Translations under genes and position numbers: made by a program
Shown: one piece after another, positions 48,890 to 59,770 of the stretch
Position numbering within the stretch: the stretch's first letter is position 1
Layout: each line of letters opens with the position of its first letter
The notes under the pieces: generated by a model
Databases searched by the model: none
The model's input: the letters and a program-made list of their open reading frames with translations, nothing else
Told to the model about the DNA's origin: nothing
Source of the DNA: Candidatus Acidiferrales bacterium
GTDB taxonomy: Bacteria; Acidobacteriota; Terriglobia; Acidiferrales; UBA7541
Reading direction: 5' to 3'
DNA: 64,000 bases
Assembly (NCBI GenBank): GCA_030037775.1
Contig: JASHQB010000182.1
Span: 3,439-67,438, forward strand

Positions 48890-50113
48890 ATGCTGTCCTT
48901 TCAAGACGCCCGAACCAAGGTGATTGAGGCGTGCCGCAGCCTGCGGCGCGTTCCTCCCGTGGAGACAATCGAGCTGAAAAACGCCGTTGGACGTGTTCTG
49001 GCGCAGGAGATTCCCGCGGACCGCGAGTATCCCCCGTTTGATCGCGCCGCTCGCGATGGATTTGCGGTGCGCTCTGCAGATTGCCAGAAGGCGGGCGCGA
49101 CGCTGCGCGTGATTGGCGAAGTTGCCGCGGGCGCCGATTTTCGTAGGCGTGTTGGCGCGGGGGAGTGCGTGCAGATTATGACCGGCGCGGCAGTACCCGA
49201 AGGCGCCGATGCAGTCGTGATGGTGGAGCAGACGCGCACGGAGGGCGGGGATCGCCAGACGGTTGTCATCGAGCGAGTCGCCGATGCGGGGATGAATTTC
49301 ACTCCGCGCGGCTCGGAAGCGCGCAAGGGCGACGTCTTGCTGAGCCCCTCCGTACGAATCGGCGAAGCCGAAATAGCCGTCCTGGCCCAGGCGGGATGCA
49401 CGCATTTCGATGTTTATCGCAAGGCGCGCGTGGCGATTCTGTCGACCGGCAGCGAACTCGTCGAGATTGGCGCACGGCCGCGCGAGTTTCAGATCCGTAA
49501 CAGTAACGGCGCTTCGCTGGCGGCCCAGGTGGAACTGGTCGGAGGGGAAGGCGTTTCCTTGGCAAATGCACCCGATAGCGAAAATGAATTGCGCCGGAGC
49601 ATCGTAAAGGGCTTGCGCGAAGATATCTTGATCATCAGCGGCGGCGTCTCGGCCGGGAAGTACGATTTGGTCGAGCCGGTGCTGCGCGATTTGGAGGCGG
49701 AAATTCTGTTTGATGTGGTCGACATTCGCCCGGGACGCCCCGCGGTCTTCGCGATTTGCCAGGGCAAGCCGGTCTTCGGTCTGCCGGGCAATCCAGCGTC
49801 CACGATGGTGACGTTTGAGCTGTTCGTCACGCCTGCGGTGGACGTTCTGGGCGGGGCCGAGCCGCGCGCCCTGCCGTTGCTGAAGGCGAAACTGGCAAGC
49901 GCGGTGGAACAGCGCGCGGCATTGGCGCATTTCTTGCCTGCGCGTCTCGAATGGCCGGAAGGTGAGCCAACGGTGACCACGCTGCCGTGGCAGGGTTCGG
50001 GCGACATCGCCACCGTGGCCCGAGGGAACTGCTTCCTGGTAGTGCCGCAGACGAAATTGAAACTGGCGGCGGGCGAATGGGTGGACGTTCTGCCCCGCCA
50101 GGGGATATTGTAA
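48890..50113 (+). CDS. moeA: molybdopterin molybdenumtransferase
   Basis: 407 aa. MoeA/gephyrin-E pattern (ILSTGSELV, IISGGVSAGKYD, RPGRPAVF, GLPGNPAS). Confidence 0.9.
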   Translation: MLSFQDARTKVIEACRSLRRVPPVETIELKNAVGRVLAQEIPADREYPPFDRAARDGFAVRSADCQKAGATLRVIGEVAAGADFRRRVGAGECVQIMTGAAVPEGADAVVMVEQTRTEGGDRQTVVIERVADAGMNFTPRGSEARKGDVLLSPSVRIGEAEIAVLAQAGCTHFDVYRKARVAILSTGSELVEIGARPREFQIRNSNGASLAAQVELVGGEGVSLANAPDSENELRRSIVKGLREDILIISGGVSAGKYDLVEPVLRDLEAEILFDVVDIRPGRPAVFAICQGKPVFGLPGNPASTMVTFELFVTPAVDVLGGAEPRALPLLKAKLASAVEQRAALAHFLPARLEWPEGEPTVTTLPWQGSGDIATVARGNCFLVVPQTKLKLAAGEWVDVLPRQGIL

Positions 50114-50119
50114 AAGGCC

Positions 50120-50626
50120 TTGAAAGCAGGCACGAAGAATTCGCTGACCCACTACGACTCGCGCGGCCGTGTGCGCATGGTGGACGTCACCGCGAAGGCG
50201 GCGACGGAACGAAAAGCGACGGCGCGGGGTTTTGTGCGCATCGCAGCAAACGCACTGGCCAAAGTGCGGAAGATGAAAACGCCGAAGGGCAATCCGTTCG
50301 AAATCGCGCGGATCGCCGGGATTGCGGCGGCCAAGCGCACGGCGGAGCTGATTCCTCTTTGTCATCCACTGCTTTTGACGCACATAGATGTTGCGACCGA
50401 GCTATGCGAGAATGGAGTGGAGATTGTCTCGCAAGTCATCGCGACGGGGCCTACCGGCGTCGAAATGGAAGCGCTGACGGCGACGGCCGTGGCGGCGTTG
50501 ACGCTCTACGATATGTGTAAGGCGTTGGATCGCAGCATGGAAATTTCACAAATTTACTTGGTTGAGAAGGCGGGGGGGCGCAGCGGGCATTACATCCGGC
50601 TGGAGTCTGCGCGCGGCCGGCGATGA
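50120..50626 (+). CDS. moaC: cyclic pyranopterin monophosphate synthase accessory protein
   Basis: [18 protein letters not shown] and [20 protein letters not shown] start. Confidence 0.9.
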   Translation: MKAGTKNSLTHYDSRGRVRMVDVTAKAATERKATARGFVRIAANALAKVRKMKTPKGNPFEIARIAGIAAAKRTAELIPLCHPLLLTHIDVATELCENGVEIVSQVIATGPTGVEMEALTATAVAALTLYDMCKALDRSMEISQIYLVEKAGGRSGHYIRLESARGRR

Positions 50627-51378
50627 AAGGCGTCAAGGTTCTCGTCGTGGACGACAACGCTCTCGTGCTGAACCTCATCGCCAAGGGGCTTGAACCGCAT
50701 TGCGACGTGCGTACCGCCGCCGATGGTGCGGACGCGCTGTTGAAAATCGTGGACGACACTCCGGACTTGGTCCTCTGCGATTACCGCATGCCTGGGCTCG
50801 ACGGGCGGCAGCTGTACGAAAAATTGCGGAGCCGGTTTGCGTCGCGCCCGATTCCATTCATTTTCTTGTCGAGCCGCACCGACATGGATGAAAAACTGCG
50901 GCCCATGGTGGATGGCGTGGAAGAATTCATCGCCAAGCCTTTCTTCCTGCACGAGCTTGTCCGGCGCGCAAAAAAAGTGATCGACCGGCTGCAACTGGAG
51001 AAGCTGCAGAAAACTTCCGCTCGCCCCGGCGTGATTCAAGGCCGCTTGGAAGAGATGAGTATGCTGGACCTCATGCAGTCCATCGAAATGGGCCAGAAAA
51101 CCTGCAAACTCACGGTCCGAAATGGCAAAAGCGCGTGTGAGATTTATTTTGCCGGCGGCCAATGCCAGGACGCGCAGTTGGGCAAGCAAAAAGGCGAGCC
51201 CGCGATTTATGAGGCCATTCGCTGGCCCGGCGGCGAGTTCGAGATCGATTTCAACGCGGCGCCGTCGCGCACCACCATCGAACGCTCCACGACCGGCGTC
51301 CTGATGGAAGCAATGCGGCTGATGGACGAAAGCCAGCAGGAGATCGACGAAAGCCAGCCGAACACGGCAAAGAAGTAG
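50623..51378 (+). CDS. response regulator: receiver domain plus DUF4388 (PatA-like) output
   Basis: VLVVDDN...[14 protein letters not shown]...AKP receiver. C-terminal half [26 protein letters not shown]...[24 protein letters not shown] overlap with the moaC stop. Confidence 0.85.
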   Translation: MKGVKVLVVDDNALVLNLIAKGLEPHCDVRTAADGADALLKIVDDTPDLVLCDYRMPGLDGRQLYEKLRSRFASRPIPFIFLSSRTDMDEKLRPMVDGVEEFIAKPFFLHELVRRAKKVIDRLQLEKLQKTSARPGVIQGRLEEMSMLDLMQSIEMGQKTCKLTVRNGKSACEIYFAGGQCQDAQLGKQKGEPAIYEAIRWPGGEFEIDFNAAPSRTTIERSTTGVLMEAMRLMDESQQEIDESQPNTAKK

Positions 51379-51397
51379 CGCGCGGCGCGACGCCAGA

Positions 51398-51874
51398 ATG
51401 CGGGTTTCCATCGTTACAATCAGCGATTCGGTTTCCTCGGGGAATCATGAGGATCTTTCCGGCAAGGCGCTCGCGGACCGCTGCGCGGAGCTTGGCTGGG
51501 AAGTGATATCCAGATCGGTCGTGCCGGACGAAGAAGCGCTGATTCGCACCCAACTGTTGGCGCTGGTGGACTGCGGCAAGCTGGACGCGGTTTTAACAAC
51601 CGGCGGCACGGGCTTAGGCCCGCGCGACGTCACGCCGGAGGCAACCGCTGCGGTGGTGACGCGGCAGGTGCCGGGGTTGGCGGAGCTGATGCGCCACACG
51701 GGCGTCCAGAAAACGCGAAACGCGGCGCTTTCGCGCGCCATTGCCGGCGTGCGCGGCGCGTGCCTGGTGCTCAATTTGCCGGGCAGCCCGCGTGGCGCGG
51801 TTGACTCATTCGACGCGGTTGCGCAGCTGCTGCCGCATGCCGTAGCGGTGCTGCACGGCGCACGCCACGATTGA
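51398..51874 (+). CDS. mogA: MogA/MoaB family molybdenum cofactor biosynthesis protein
   Basis: 158 aa. TTGGTGLGPRDVTPEAT signature. Confidence 0.85.
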   Translation: MRVSIVTISDSVSSGNHEDLSGKALADRCAELGWEVISRSVVPDEEALIRTQLLALVDCGKLDAVLTTGGTGLGPRDVTPEATAAVVTRQVPGLAELMRHTGVQKTRNAALSRAIAGVRGACLVLNLPGSPRGAVDSFDAVAQLLPHAVAVLHGARHD

Positions 51875-51905
51875 TGGCGCGTTGAGGAAGCATCGCGAAC
51901 CGTTG

Positions 51906-52148
51906 ATGGACCCGAACTCATCCCGCAAGAACGTCAGTAGCGCGGCAAGGCAGTTCGCGATTGCCATGCAGATTCCGTTTGCGCTGGTGGTGCCGGTTTT
52001 TGCGGGCGGCGGGATCGGCTATTTGCTGGACCACTGGCTGCACACGAAGTTTATTCTGACGCTTGTGCTGGGACTTGCGGGCTTTGGGATTGGGCTGCGC
52101 GAAGTGTTGCAACTGGCAAATGCAGCGGACAAAACGAATGACAAGTGA
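51906..52148 (+). CDS. AtpZ/AtpI-like small membrane protein
   Basis: Two TM segments (FALVVPVFAGGGIGYLLD, LTLVLGLAGFGIGL), positioned ahead of atpB. Start uncertain (TTG 51882 or ATG 51906). Confidence 0.55.
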   Translation: MDPNSSRKNVSSAARQFAIAMQIPFALVVPVFAGGGIGYLLDHWLHTKFILTLVLGLAGFGIGLREVLQLANAADKTNDK

Positions 52149-52557
52149 CTCAGAATCGAACGCGATCGAACGGCGGCTGGAGTGGCTGACTTTGGCGCTC
52201 GGCGCGGGCATGACCATTGCCGCCCGAATCGGCTGGGGCCTGCGTGCCGCGGAAGCCTGCGCCGTCGGCACGGCGATTTGCTGGTTGAATTTTCGCTGGC
52301 TGCGGCTCGGAGCCGCGGCGCTGATGCGGCTGGGCGTCGCCCAAGCGGGCGCCGAACACGTGCACGTGCCACGCAGCACACATGTGAAATTCTTGGGGCG
52401 CCTCGTATTGTTGCTGGTTGTCGCGTATGTTATTCTTGCTTGGTTGCGGTTGCCTGCGGTTGCTTTTCTGTGCGGCGCGGTCGCGGTGGTTCCGGCCATT
52501 GTTGTTGAATTGTTCTACGAGCTGGCACATGGGTATCACCGGTGGAAGGCGCTGTAA
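52138..52557 (+). CDS. atpI: ATP synthase subunit I-like membrane protein
   Basis: About 139 aa with four hydrophobic segments, directly upstream of atpB. Overlaps the previous ORF by 11 nt. Confidence 0.5.
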   Translation: MTSDSESNAIERRLEWLTLALGAGMTIAARIGWGLRAAEACAVGTAICWLNFRWLRLGAAALMRLGVAQAGAEHVHVPRSTHVKFLGRLVLLLVVAYVILAWLRLPAVAFLCGAVAVVPAIVVELFYELAHGYHRWKAL

Positions 52558-52613
52558 ATCCGTAGCTTTCGTTCGTTAGAGCGAATCCAGATCATTCCTA
52601 TCGCGGGAGATTC

Positions 52614-53429
52614 ATGGGCGAAGAGCAGGTCTTAGGTGTAACGAAACTCGTGAACTGGCTGTTGGCCAAGCCAACTCTGGCGCTCTTTGCGCTGTTGCAC
52701 GTGCATCCCGCGAGCACCGAATACCCGATCCCAAATTTTTTCGCCATGGAGCTGGTTGTTTTCGCGTTTGCGATTGTTTTCTTTCTGTGGCTGCGCGCGC
52801 GAATGTCTGCCGAACGACCCGGTGCCACGCAGCAATGTATGGAGTTTGTATTGACCAATCCGATGGGATTGGGAGTGAAGGACCTGATCGACGATATCGT
52901 CGGCCACGGCGCTGAACGGCACGTTCCTTTGCTGGGGACCATCGCTATTTTCATTCTGTTTTGCAATTTGGCCGCGTTGGTACCGGGCTTGATGTCTCCG
53001 ACCGCGGAAGTGACGGTGCCTCTGGCATGCGCCGTTGTTGTCTTCCTCTACTACAACTATTTCGGCATCAAACACCATGGACCGGCAGCATACGGAAAGA
53101 CGCTTTTGGGCCCTGTGCCGGCCATTTCGCCATTGATGGCGCTGGTTGAAACGATCAGTCATTTCGCGCGCCTGCTTTCGCTGACGGTTCGGCTTTGGGC
53201 GAACATGATGGTCGGCGAGATGATTTATGTAGCTTTCCTGGGCCTCACGGTCGGCCTTTTTTTGTTTCTGGGCCATCTGAACCCCGTGGGATATATTTCG
53301 GCCCTTGTTCCTATCGGCATACCCTTTGCCTTGATTATCTTTCACGTATTTGAAGCGGTTTTGCAGGCGTTCATATTCACAATTCTCGGGACTGTTTATC
53401 TGGGGCTTGCGTTAGCGGAAGAGCATTAA
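52614..53429 (+). CDS. atpB: F0F1 ATP synthase subunit a
   Basis: LSLTVRLWANMMVGE contains the essential Arg. Multi-TM protein. Confidence 0.9.
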   Translation: MGEEQVLGVTKLVNWLLAKPTLALFALLHVHPASTEYPIPNFFAMELVVFAFAIVFFLWLRARMSAERPGATQQCMEFVLTNPMGLGVKDLIDDIVGHGAERHVPLLGTIAIFILFCNLAALVPGLMSPTAEVTVPLACAVVVFLYYNYFGIKHHGPAAYGKTLLGPVPAISPLMALVETISHFARLLSLTVRLWANMMVGEMIYVAFLGLTVGLFLFLGHLNPVGYISALVPIGIPFALIIFHVFEAVLQAFIFTILGTVYLGLALAEEH

Positions 53430-53455
53430 TTCGGCATCATGCGCTGGCAGTGTGA

Positions 53456-53824
<369 letters not shown>

Positions 53825-53847
53825 GCCTGCAAACACTGACTTTTGAG

Positions 53848-53885
53848 GCCCGAAGTTCGCGACGCCAGCTTCGGGCTTTTTCTTT
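53848..53885. terminator. rho-independent terminator between convergent atpE and nuoN
   Basis: gcccgaag / cttcgggc stem, 13-nt loop, followed by tttttcttt. Confidence 0.6.
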
Positions 53886-53926
53886 GTGCGCGAGTGTCTA
53901 TTCAGCGGATGAATTGAGGGTTGTTG

Positions 53927-55369
53927 CTAATGCAGCGATTGCGCTGACGTGATGGCCCACTGCATGACGCGATCCGGCAGGATGCCGAGGTAAATCGTAC
54001 CCAGCGCAGTCAGCAGCAAAGCGATGAACATGGGCGCATGCATGGGCGAGGGCGTCCATTCCTTGTTGGGTTCCCAGAAATACATGGCCACAACCACTTT
54101 CAGATAGTAGTACGACCCAATCACGCTATTGATGCTGGCGATGACCACCAGCCAGACCAGGCGCTGGTCAATCGCGGCAGAAAACGAATAGAATTTTCCA
54201 AGGAAGCCCGCGGTCGCCGGCAACCCCAGCAGCGAAAACAAGAACAGCGAGAAGCACGCCGCCACCCACGGCTGGCGCGTGCCGAGGCCCGCATAATCCG
54301 CAATGTCGAGGCGGCGCTCTTCCGTGCCGCCAACATAGGCGAGGATGAGGAAGGCGCCCAGCGTCATGGCGGCATAGGCAGCCAGGTAAAAGAGCACCGC
54401 GGCCACTCCGATTTCGCTTGCTGCAGCGAAGGCGACAAGAATGTAGCCTGCATGGGCAATCGAGGAATACGCGAGCAGTCGCTTGACGTTGGATTGGACG
54501 ATGGCGGCGAAATTGCCGATGCACATGGTCAGTACCGCGGAAACCCAGATCGCCCAGAACCAGATGTGCGAGGCATGCCCGAAGGCGCCATAGAAAACGC
54601 GCACCATCACGGCAAACGCGGCGGCCTTTGGTCCACAGGCCAGCACTGCGGTCACCGGCGTGGGCGCGCCCTCGTAAACGTCCGGCGTATAAATCTGAAA
54701 CGGCGCGGCCACTACTTTGAATCCGAGGCCCACGAAGATCAATCCAAGGCCAATGATCAGCAGCGCGCCGGAGCCATTTGCAGCGATGGCTTGGTCGATG
54801 ACTTCGAAGCGCGTGCTGCGCGTCGCTCCGTAAGTGAGGGCGGTGCCGTACAGGAAAAATGCCGTGGCGAACGATCCCAGCAGGAAATACTTCAGTGACG
54901 CCTCGTTGGACTTCAGCGCGTTGCGCCGGAAACCCGCCAGGATGTAGGTGGAAATCGAGCTGATCTCCAGGCCGACGAAGGCAGTGACCAGTTCATTGGC
55001 GCCGGCAAGAATCCCCATGCCTGCGGTGGCGAACAAAATCAGCGCGTAGTATTCGCCGCGCTGGATGCCTTCGTGGTCCAGATAATCGAACGAACCCAGA
55101 ATGGCGAGCGCCGCGACCGCGATCACAATGCCGTGCACAAACAAGCTGAAAGTGTCCGCGCGCAGCAGGCCGGAGTACGCCGAACCTGGATTCACGAACA
55201 TCCAGCGAAGCGACGCAAACGCGCCAAGCGTTCCTGCGAAAGCCAGCCAGCCCATCGACCGTTGGCGCCCCGCCGGGACGAATGGATCAATCAGCATCAC
55301 GAGCATGCCGAAGAGGCACAGAACAATCTCCGGCGCGATGCGGTAGAGGTCCTGGACAGGAGGAAACAT
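53927..55369 (-). CDS. nuoN: NADH-quinone oxidoreductase subunit N
   Basis: 480-aa antiporter-like multi-TM protein, last gene of the nuo cluster. TAATG overlap with nuoM. Confidence 0.9.
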   Translation of the reverse strand: MFPPVQDLYRIAPEIVLCLFGMLVMLIDPFVPAGRQRSMGWLAFAGTLGAFASLRWMFVNPGSAYSGLLRADTFSLFVHGIVIAVAALAILGSFDYLDHEGIQRGEYYALILFATAGMGILAGANELVTAFVGLEISSISTYILAGFRRNALKSNEASLKYFLLGSFATAFFLYGTALTYGATRSTRFEVIDQAIAANGSGALLIIGLGLIFVGLGFKVVAAPFQIYTPDVYEGAPTPVTAVLACGPKAAAFAVMVRVFYGAFGHASHIWFWAIWVSAVLTMCIGNFAAIVQSNVKRLLAYSSIAHAGYILVAFAAASEIGVAAVLFYLAAYAAMTLGAFLILAYVGGTEERRLDIADYAGLGTRQPWVAACFSLFLFSLLGLPATAGFLGKFYSFSAAIDQRLVWLVVIASINSVIGSYYYLKVVVAMYFWEPNKEWTPSPMHAPMFIALLLTALGTIYLGILPDRVMQWAITSAQSLH

Positions 55370-56976
55370 TACGGCCGGGCCTGCCTTTCCAAAGACACGC
55401 TGCGCATGGCGACTTCATGCGTGGTTGGCTTCGTCGAGGAAGTCCGACTGGCCACCTGAGTTTGCCAGGATTGCGCCTGATAGCTCGCCGTCGTGCGCAT
55501 TTGCTCGAGCAACGCGTTGGTCGTCGCGTCCATGCGATGGGTGAACATCGGCGAGAAGATGCCCATGAAGAGAATCACGACCGATGCGGCGATCAGGATG
55601 AAGCGCTCGCGGGCCGAAGCGTCGGGCAGGGTTTCGTTCTTCGCCACTGTGATTCTCTCGAGGGCGATGCGCTGATACGCCCACAACAAATAAACGGCGG
55701 AAAGAATTGCGCCCGTCGCGGCCCACGAAGCCCACGCGAAATGCTGCGAATCGAAGACGCCAATCAAGATCATGAATTCGCCGATGAAGCCATTGAGCAT
55801 AGGCAACGCCAGCGAAGATAAACACGCGAACAGGAAAAACGCGCATAGGATCGGCATCGGTTTCGCCAAGCCGCCATACTCTTTGATTTCGTAGGTGTGC
55901 CGCCGGTCGTAAAGCATTCCGCAAACCAGGAAGAGCGCGCCGGTCGAGACGCCGTGGTTCAGCATTTGGTAGATGGCGCCCTCCATGGCCGTAGGATTGA
56001 AAACGAAAATCCCCAGCACCACAAACCCCAAATGGCTGACGGATGTGTACGCCACCAGGCGCTTCAAATCGACCTGAACCATGGCCACGAGCGCCCCATA
56101 AACGATGCCGATGATCGCCAGCACGGCTACGATCGGCGCAGCGCGATGCGCGGCCTCCGGGAAGAGCGGCAAGCAGAATCGCAACATGCCGTACGTGCCC
56201 ATCTTCAGCAGCACGCCGGCAAGAATCACCGATCCGGCCGTCGGCGCTTCCGTATGCGCGTCCGGCAGCCACGTGTGCAGCGGGAAGAGCGGCACTTTGA
56301 TGGCGAATGCCAGCATGAACGCCAGGAACATCAGCAGCTGCGTGCCCCATGGCAAAGAAAGCCCCGAAGAAAGCATTCCCTGGATCGCGGGCAAATCGAA
56401 CGTACCGGAGACACGGTAGAGCCACAAGATCGCGACCAGCATCAGGATGGAGCCAAACATCGTGTACAAAATGAATTTCAGCGCAGCATAGATTTTTCGG
56501 CCATGTCCCCAGATGCCGATGAGGAAGTACATCGGAATGAGCATCACTTCCCAGAAAAGGAAGAACAGGAACAGGTCCAGCGCGCAGAACACGCCGACCA
56601 TGCCCATCTCCAGCACCAGCAGCATGGCGAAGAATTCCTTCACGTGATCCTGGATGCTGTTCCAGGAACAGAGCACCGCCAGCGGCGTCAGGAACGTCGT
56701 CAGCAGCACCAGGAACAGGCTGATGCCATCGATTCCCATGTGGTAATGAATGTGGAGATTCGGAATCCAGTGGTGAACTTCCTCGAGCTGATATCCGCCG
56801 TTGCCAATGTCAAAGCCGCGCAAGAGCAGCAGGGAAAGGATGAATTCGATCACCGAAGTGATCAGCGTCAGCCGGCGAATCCAGACGTGATCGTCACCTC
56901 GCAGCAGCAGCAAGGCAAACGTCCCCAGCAGCGGGAAGAACGTCAGCACGGTCAGGAGATAGCTCTGGTTCTGCAC
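55369..56976 (-). CDS. nuoM: NADH-quinone oxidoreductase subunit M
   Basis: WLPDAHTEAPTAGSVILAGVLLKMG motif. GTG 56976 overlaps the nuoL stop by 1 nt. The track's longer ORF runs into nuoL. Confidence 0.9.
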   Translation of the reverse strand: MQNQSYLLTVLTFFPLLGTFALLLLRGDDHVWIRRLTLITSVIEFILSLLLLRGFDIGNGGYQLEEVHHWIPNLHIHYHMGIDGISLFLVLLTTFLTPLAVLCSWNSIQDHVKEFFAMLLVLEMGMVGVFCALDLFLFFLFWEVMLIPMYFLIGIWGHGRKIYAALKFILYTMFGSILMLVAILWLYRVSGTFDLPAIQGMLSSGLSLPWGTQLLMFLAFMLAFAIKVPLFPLHTWLPDAHTEAPTAGSVILAGVLLKMGTYGMLRFCLPLFPEAAHRAAPIVAVLAIIGIVYGALVAMVQVDLKRLVAYTSVSHLGFVVLGIFVFNPTAMEGAIYQMLNHGVSTGALFLVCGMLYDRRHTYEIKEYGGLAKPMPILCAFFLFACLSSLALPMLNGFIGEFMILIGVFDSQHFAWASWAATGAILSAVYLLWAYQRIALERITVAKNETLPDASARERFILIAASVVILFMGIFSPMFTHRMDATTNALLEQMRTTASYQAQSWQTQVASRTSSTKPTTHEVAMRSVSLERQARP

Positions 56977-58934
56977 TAACGCACCATCCACACAAAGAAC
57001 ACCGTGACCGCCACGGCTCCGACGACTACCCAGGTTGCATAGCTGCGCGTATTGCCGCCCTGAATATGCCGCACTCCGCTGCCAACGCGGCGCGAGAAAA
57101 ACGCCAGCCCGTTCACCGTGCCATCGATCAGTCCCACGTCGATGACCTTCCAGAGCACATTGCGCGATAGCCAAATGAGCGGGCCGATGATCACCGCGCC
57201 GTAAAGCTCATCCACATAATACTTGTGCCAGAGGAGCTCATAGATCGGACGCGTGCCGTCGGCGACTTTTTTCGCCGCGGCCGGCTTAATGATGTAGAGG
57301 TACAGCGCAAGCAGGAACCCGATCAACGCCACCACCACCGCAATCCCCGTCATTTGCAATTCAAGCAAATGAGGCGGCTCCGTCCAGTTCGGGTGCATCT
57401 GCAGCGCCAGTTGATTCGACGCGCTGAAAACCGGGTCGAGGAAGCCCTGGAATGAATCTTTGCCACCCCAGTAGGTGGGAAGCACGAACCAGCCACCGAC
57501 GATCGAGAGAATCGCCAGGACCACCAGGGGCGCCAGCATTACCTTCGGCGACTCATGCACGTGCACGTGATGTTCGTCGAAGCGCGGCTTGCCGTGGAAG
57601 GTGAGAAAAATCAAACGGAACATGTAGCACGCAGTTAAAAGGGCGGCGAAAATGCCCAGGCCGTAAAGCACCGCATTCGCGTTCGGACCCGCATACGTGT
57701 CAAAAAGAATTTCGTCCTTGCTGAAAAATCCCGCAAAGAGCGGCGCGCCGGAGATAGCCAGCGTGGCCACGAGCATGGTGCTGTAGGTCCACGGAATTTT
57801 CGTACGCAGACCGCCCATCTTAAACATATCCTGCTCGCCGCCCATGGCGTGAATCACGCTGCCGGCGCACAGAAAGAGCAGCCCCTTGAAAAACGCGTGG
57901 GTCATCAGGTGGAAAATGCCGGCGGCATACGCGCCCACGCCGCAGGCCAGGAACATGTAACCGAGCTGCGAAATCGTCGAATACGCGAGAACTTTCTTGA
58001 TGTCGGACTGCGCCAGGCCGATCGTGGCAGCGTAGAGCGCCGTCACCGCACCGATGATCGCAACCGTCAGCATCGCGGCTGGCGCGCGGCTGAAGAGCGG
58101 GTTCATGCGCGCCACCATATACACACCGGCGGTGACCATGGTCGCGGCATGAATCAACGCGCTGACCGGCGTGGGGCCTTCCATCGCGTCCGGCAGCCAG
58201 ACGTACAGCGGAAGCTGCGCCGATTTGCCGACGGCGCCGGCGAGCAGCAACAAGCAAATCGAAGTCAGCGCGCCCCACTGGTGCATTCCCTCGGCGGGCA
58301 TGTTCGCAACGGTATCGAACATCGATTTGTAGTCGACGGCATGGAACAGCCAAAAGGCCATCAATATGCCGATGGTGAATCCGAAATCACCGATGCGCGT
58401 GGTGATGAACGCCTTTTTGCCCGCATCCGCCGCGGATTTCTTCGTGAAGTAGAAGCTGATCAGCAGGTAGCTGCAAAGCCCTACGCCCTCCCAGCCCACG
58501 AACATGACGACCAGGTTAGCGGCCATCACCAGCGTCAGCATGAAAAACATGAACAAATTCATTTCCGCGAAGAAGCGGTAGTAACCGTCTTCGTGCGCCA
58601 TGTAGCCGATCGAATAAATGTGGATCAGCATGCCCACGAACGTGACCACGCCGAGCATCACGATGGTCAGTTGGTCGACTTGCAGCGCGAAGTCCACGCG
58701 GAAAGGCCCAGCGGTCATCCACGTGAAATAATTCTGGATCCAAGGGATCTGGTTGGCGCTCAGGGCGAAGAATTCGCGTACCAATTCGCAGTAGGAAAGA
58801 AACGCCAGAACCGGGAAGCCCACGCTCGACAGGTTGACGTAGTTCTTCGGCCAATGCCGCCCGGCAAGGAGCGTCAGCATCGACCCTGCCAGCGGCAGGG
58901 CCATGATGATCCACAGATGTTCGAGTATGAACAT
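56976..58934 (-). CDS. nuoL: NADH-quinone oxidoreductase subunit L
   Basis: 652 aa. WLPDAMEGPTPVSALIHAATMVTAGVYM motif and a long C-terminal extension. Confidence 0.92.
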   Translation of the reverse strand: MFILEHLWIIMALPLAGSMLTLLAGRHWPKNYVNLSSVGFPVLAFLSYCELVREFFALSANQIPWIQNYFTWMTAGPFRVDFALQVDQLTIVMLGVVTFVGMLIHIYSIGYMAHEDGYYRFFAEMNLFMFFMLTLVMAANLVVMFVGWEGVGLCSYLLISFYFTKKSAADAGKKAFITTRIGDFGFTIGILMAFWLFHAVDYKSMFDTVANMPAEGMHQWGALTSICLLLLAGAVGKSAQLPLYVWLPDAMEGPTPVSALIHAATMVTAGVYMVARMNPLFSRAPAAMLTVAIIGAVTALYAATIGLAQSDIKKVLAYSTISQLGYMFLACGVGAYAAGIFHLMTHAFFKGLLFLCAGSVIHAMGGEQDMFKMGGLRTKIPWTYSTMLVATLAISGAPLFAGFFSKDEILFDTYAGPNANAVLYGLGIFAALLTACYMFRLIFLTFHGKPRFDEHHVHVHESPKVMLAPLVVLAILSIVGGWFVLPTYWGGKDSFQGFLDPVFSASNQLALQMHPNWTEPPHLLELQMTGIAVVVALIGFLLALYLYIIKPAAAKKVADGTRPIYELLWHKYYVDELYGAVIIGPLIWLSRNVLWKVIDVGLIDGTVNGLAFFSRRVGSGVRHIQGGNTRSYATWVVVGAVAVTVFFVWMVR

Positions 58935-58949
58935 TCGCCCTAATTGGAA

Positions 58950-59255
58950 CTAGAACTTCAGCAAATCCACGTCTTCCACGTTCAGCGACTTGCGATTGCG
59001 CGCGATGACCATGGCAATCGCCAGCCCCACCGCCGCTTCCGCCGCAGCCACCACAATCACGAAGAAAACAAAAACCAGCCCGTCGAGCTGATTGAATTCG
59101 CGGCTGAACGCCACAAACGCCAGGTTCACTGCATTCAACATCAGCTCGATGGACATAAAAATCGTGATGATGTTGCGCTTGAAAACAAAGCCAATCACGC
59201 CCAGGCCGAAGAGCACGCCGCTCAATATCACGTAATAGGAAATCGGCACCATCAA
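58950..59255 (-). CDS. nuoK: NADH-quinone oxidoreductase subunit K
   Basis: 101 aa, three TMs, FMSIELMLNAVNL motif. Confidence 0.9.
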   Translation of the reverse strand: MMVPISYYVILSGVLFGLGVIGFVFKRNIITIFMSIELMLNAVNLAFVAFSREFNQLDGLVFVFFVIVVAAAEAAVGLAIAMVIARNRKSLNVEDVDLLKF

Positions 59256-59770
59256 GCGGACTCCTTCTTGGCCAGCACCAGCGCGCCGAGGATGGCGATG
59301 AGTATCAGAATCGACGTCAATTCAAAAGGCAGCACGTATTCCGTGAAGAGCTTCATGGAAAGCTCCTCGGTAGAGGCCGGCACCGGCCCGGCAACGGCGC
59401 CGCCGGCGGCAAGCGCCGTTCTCGCGGCGTATTCGTGGAACAGCGAATAGGTCATTTCTGCGAGGAACAGAATCGCCAGCGGCAGGCCCACCCAGCGTGC
59501 CAGATGGCTCAGGTTCGTGCGCACTTCCACGCCCGCATTGAGCAGCATGATCACGAAGATGAAAAGCACCATCACCGCGCCGGCATAGACCAGAATTTGT
59601 ATCGCCGCGATGAACGCCGCTCCCAGCAGCAGATACAAAACAGCCAGCGCCACCATCACCAGCACCAGCGAGAGCGCGCTGTGCACCGGCTCGCGCGCCA
59701 GAATCAGCCCCACCGCTCCAAGCACGGCGAAGAGCCCGCAAGCGATGAACACAAGCATGGCCACGCTCAT
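59252..59770 (-). CDS. nuoJ: NADH-quinone oxidoreductase subunit J
   Basis: ATG 59770 gives MSVAMLVFIACGLFAVLGAVGLILAREPVHSAL...IQILVYAGAVMVLFIFVIM. ATGA overlap with the nuoH stop. Confidence 0.9.
   Translation of the reverse strand: MSVAMLVFIACGLFAVLGAVGLILAREPVHSALSLVLVMVALAVLYLLLGAAFIAAIQILVYAGAVMVLFIFVIMLLNAGVEVRTNLSHLARWVGLPLAILFLAEMTYSLFHEYAARTALAAGGAVAGPVPASTEELSMKLFTEYVLPFELTSILILIAILGALVLAKKESA

Noticed and set aside
48557-50383. 608-aa minus-strand ORF covering purA 3' end, moeA and moaC
   Set aside because: It lies antisense to three genes with clear family signatures. Its translation is Arg/Ala/Gly-rich low complexity, typical of shadow ORFs in high-GC DNA, and it has no recognisable motifs.
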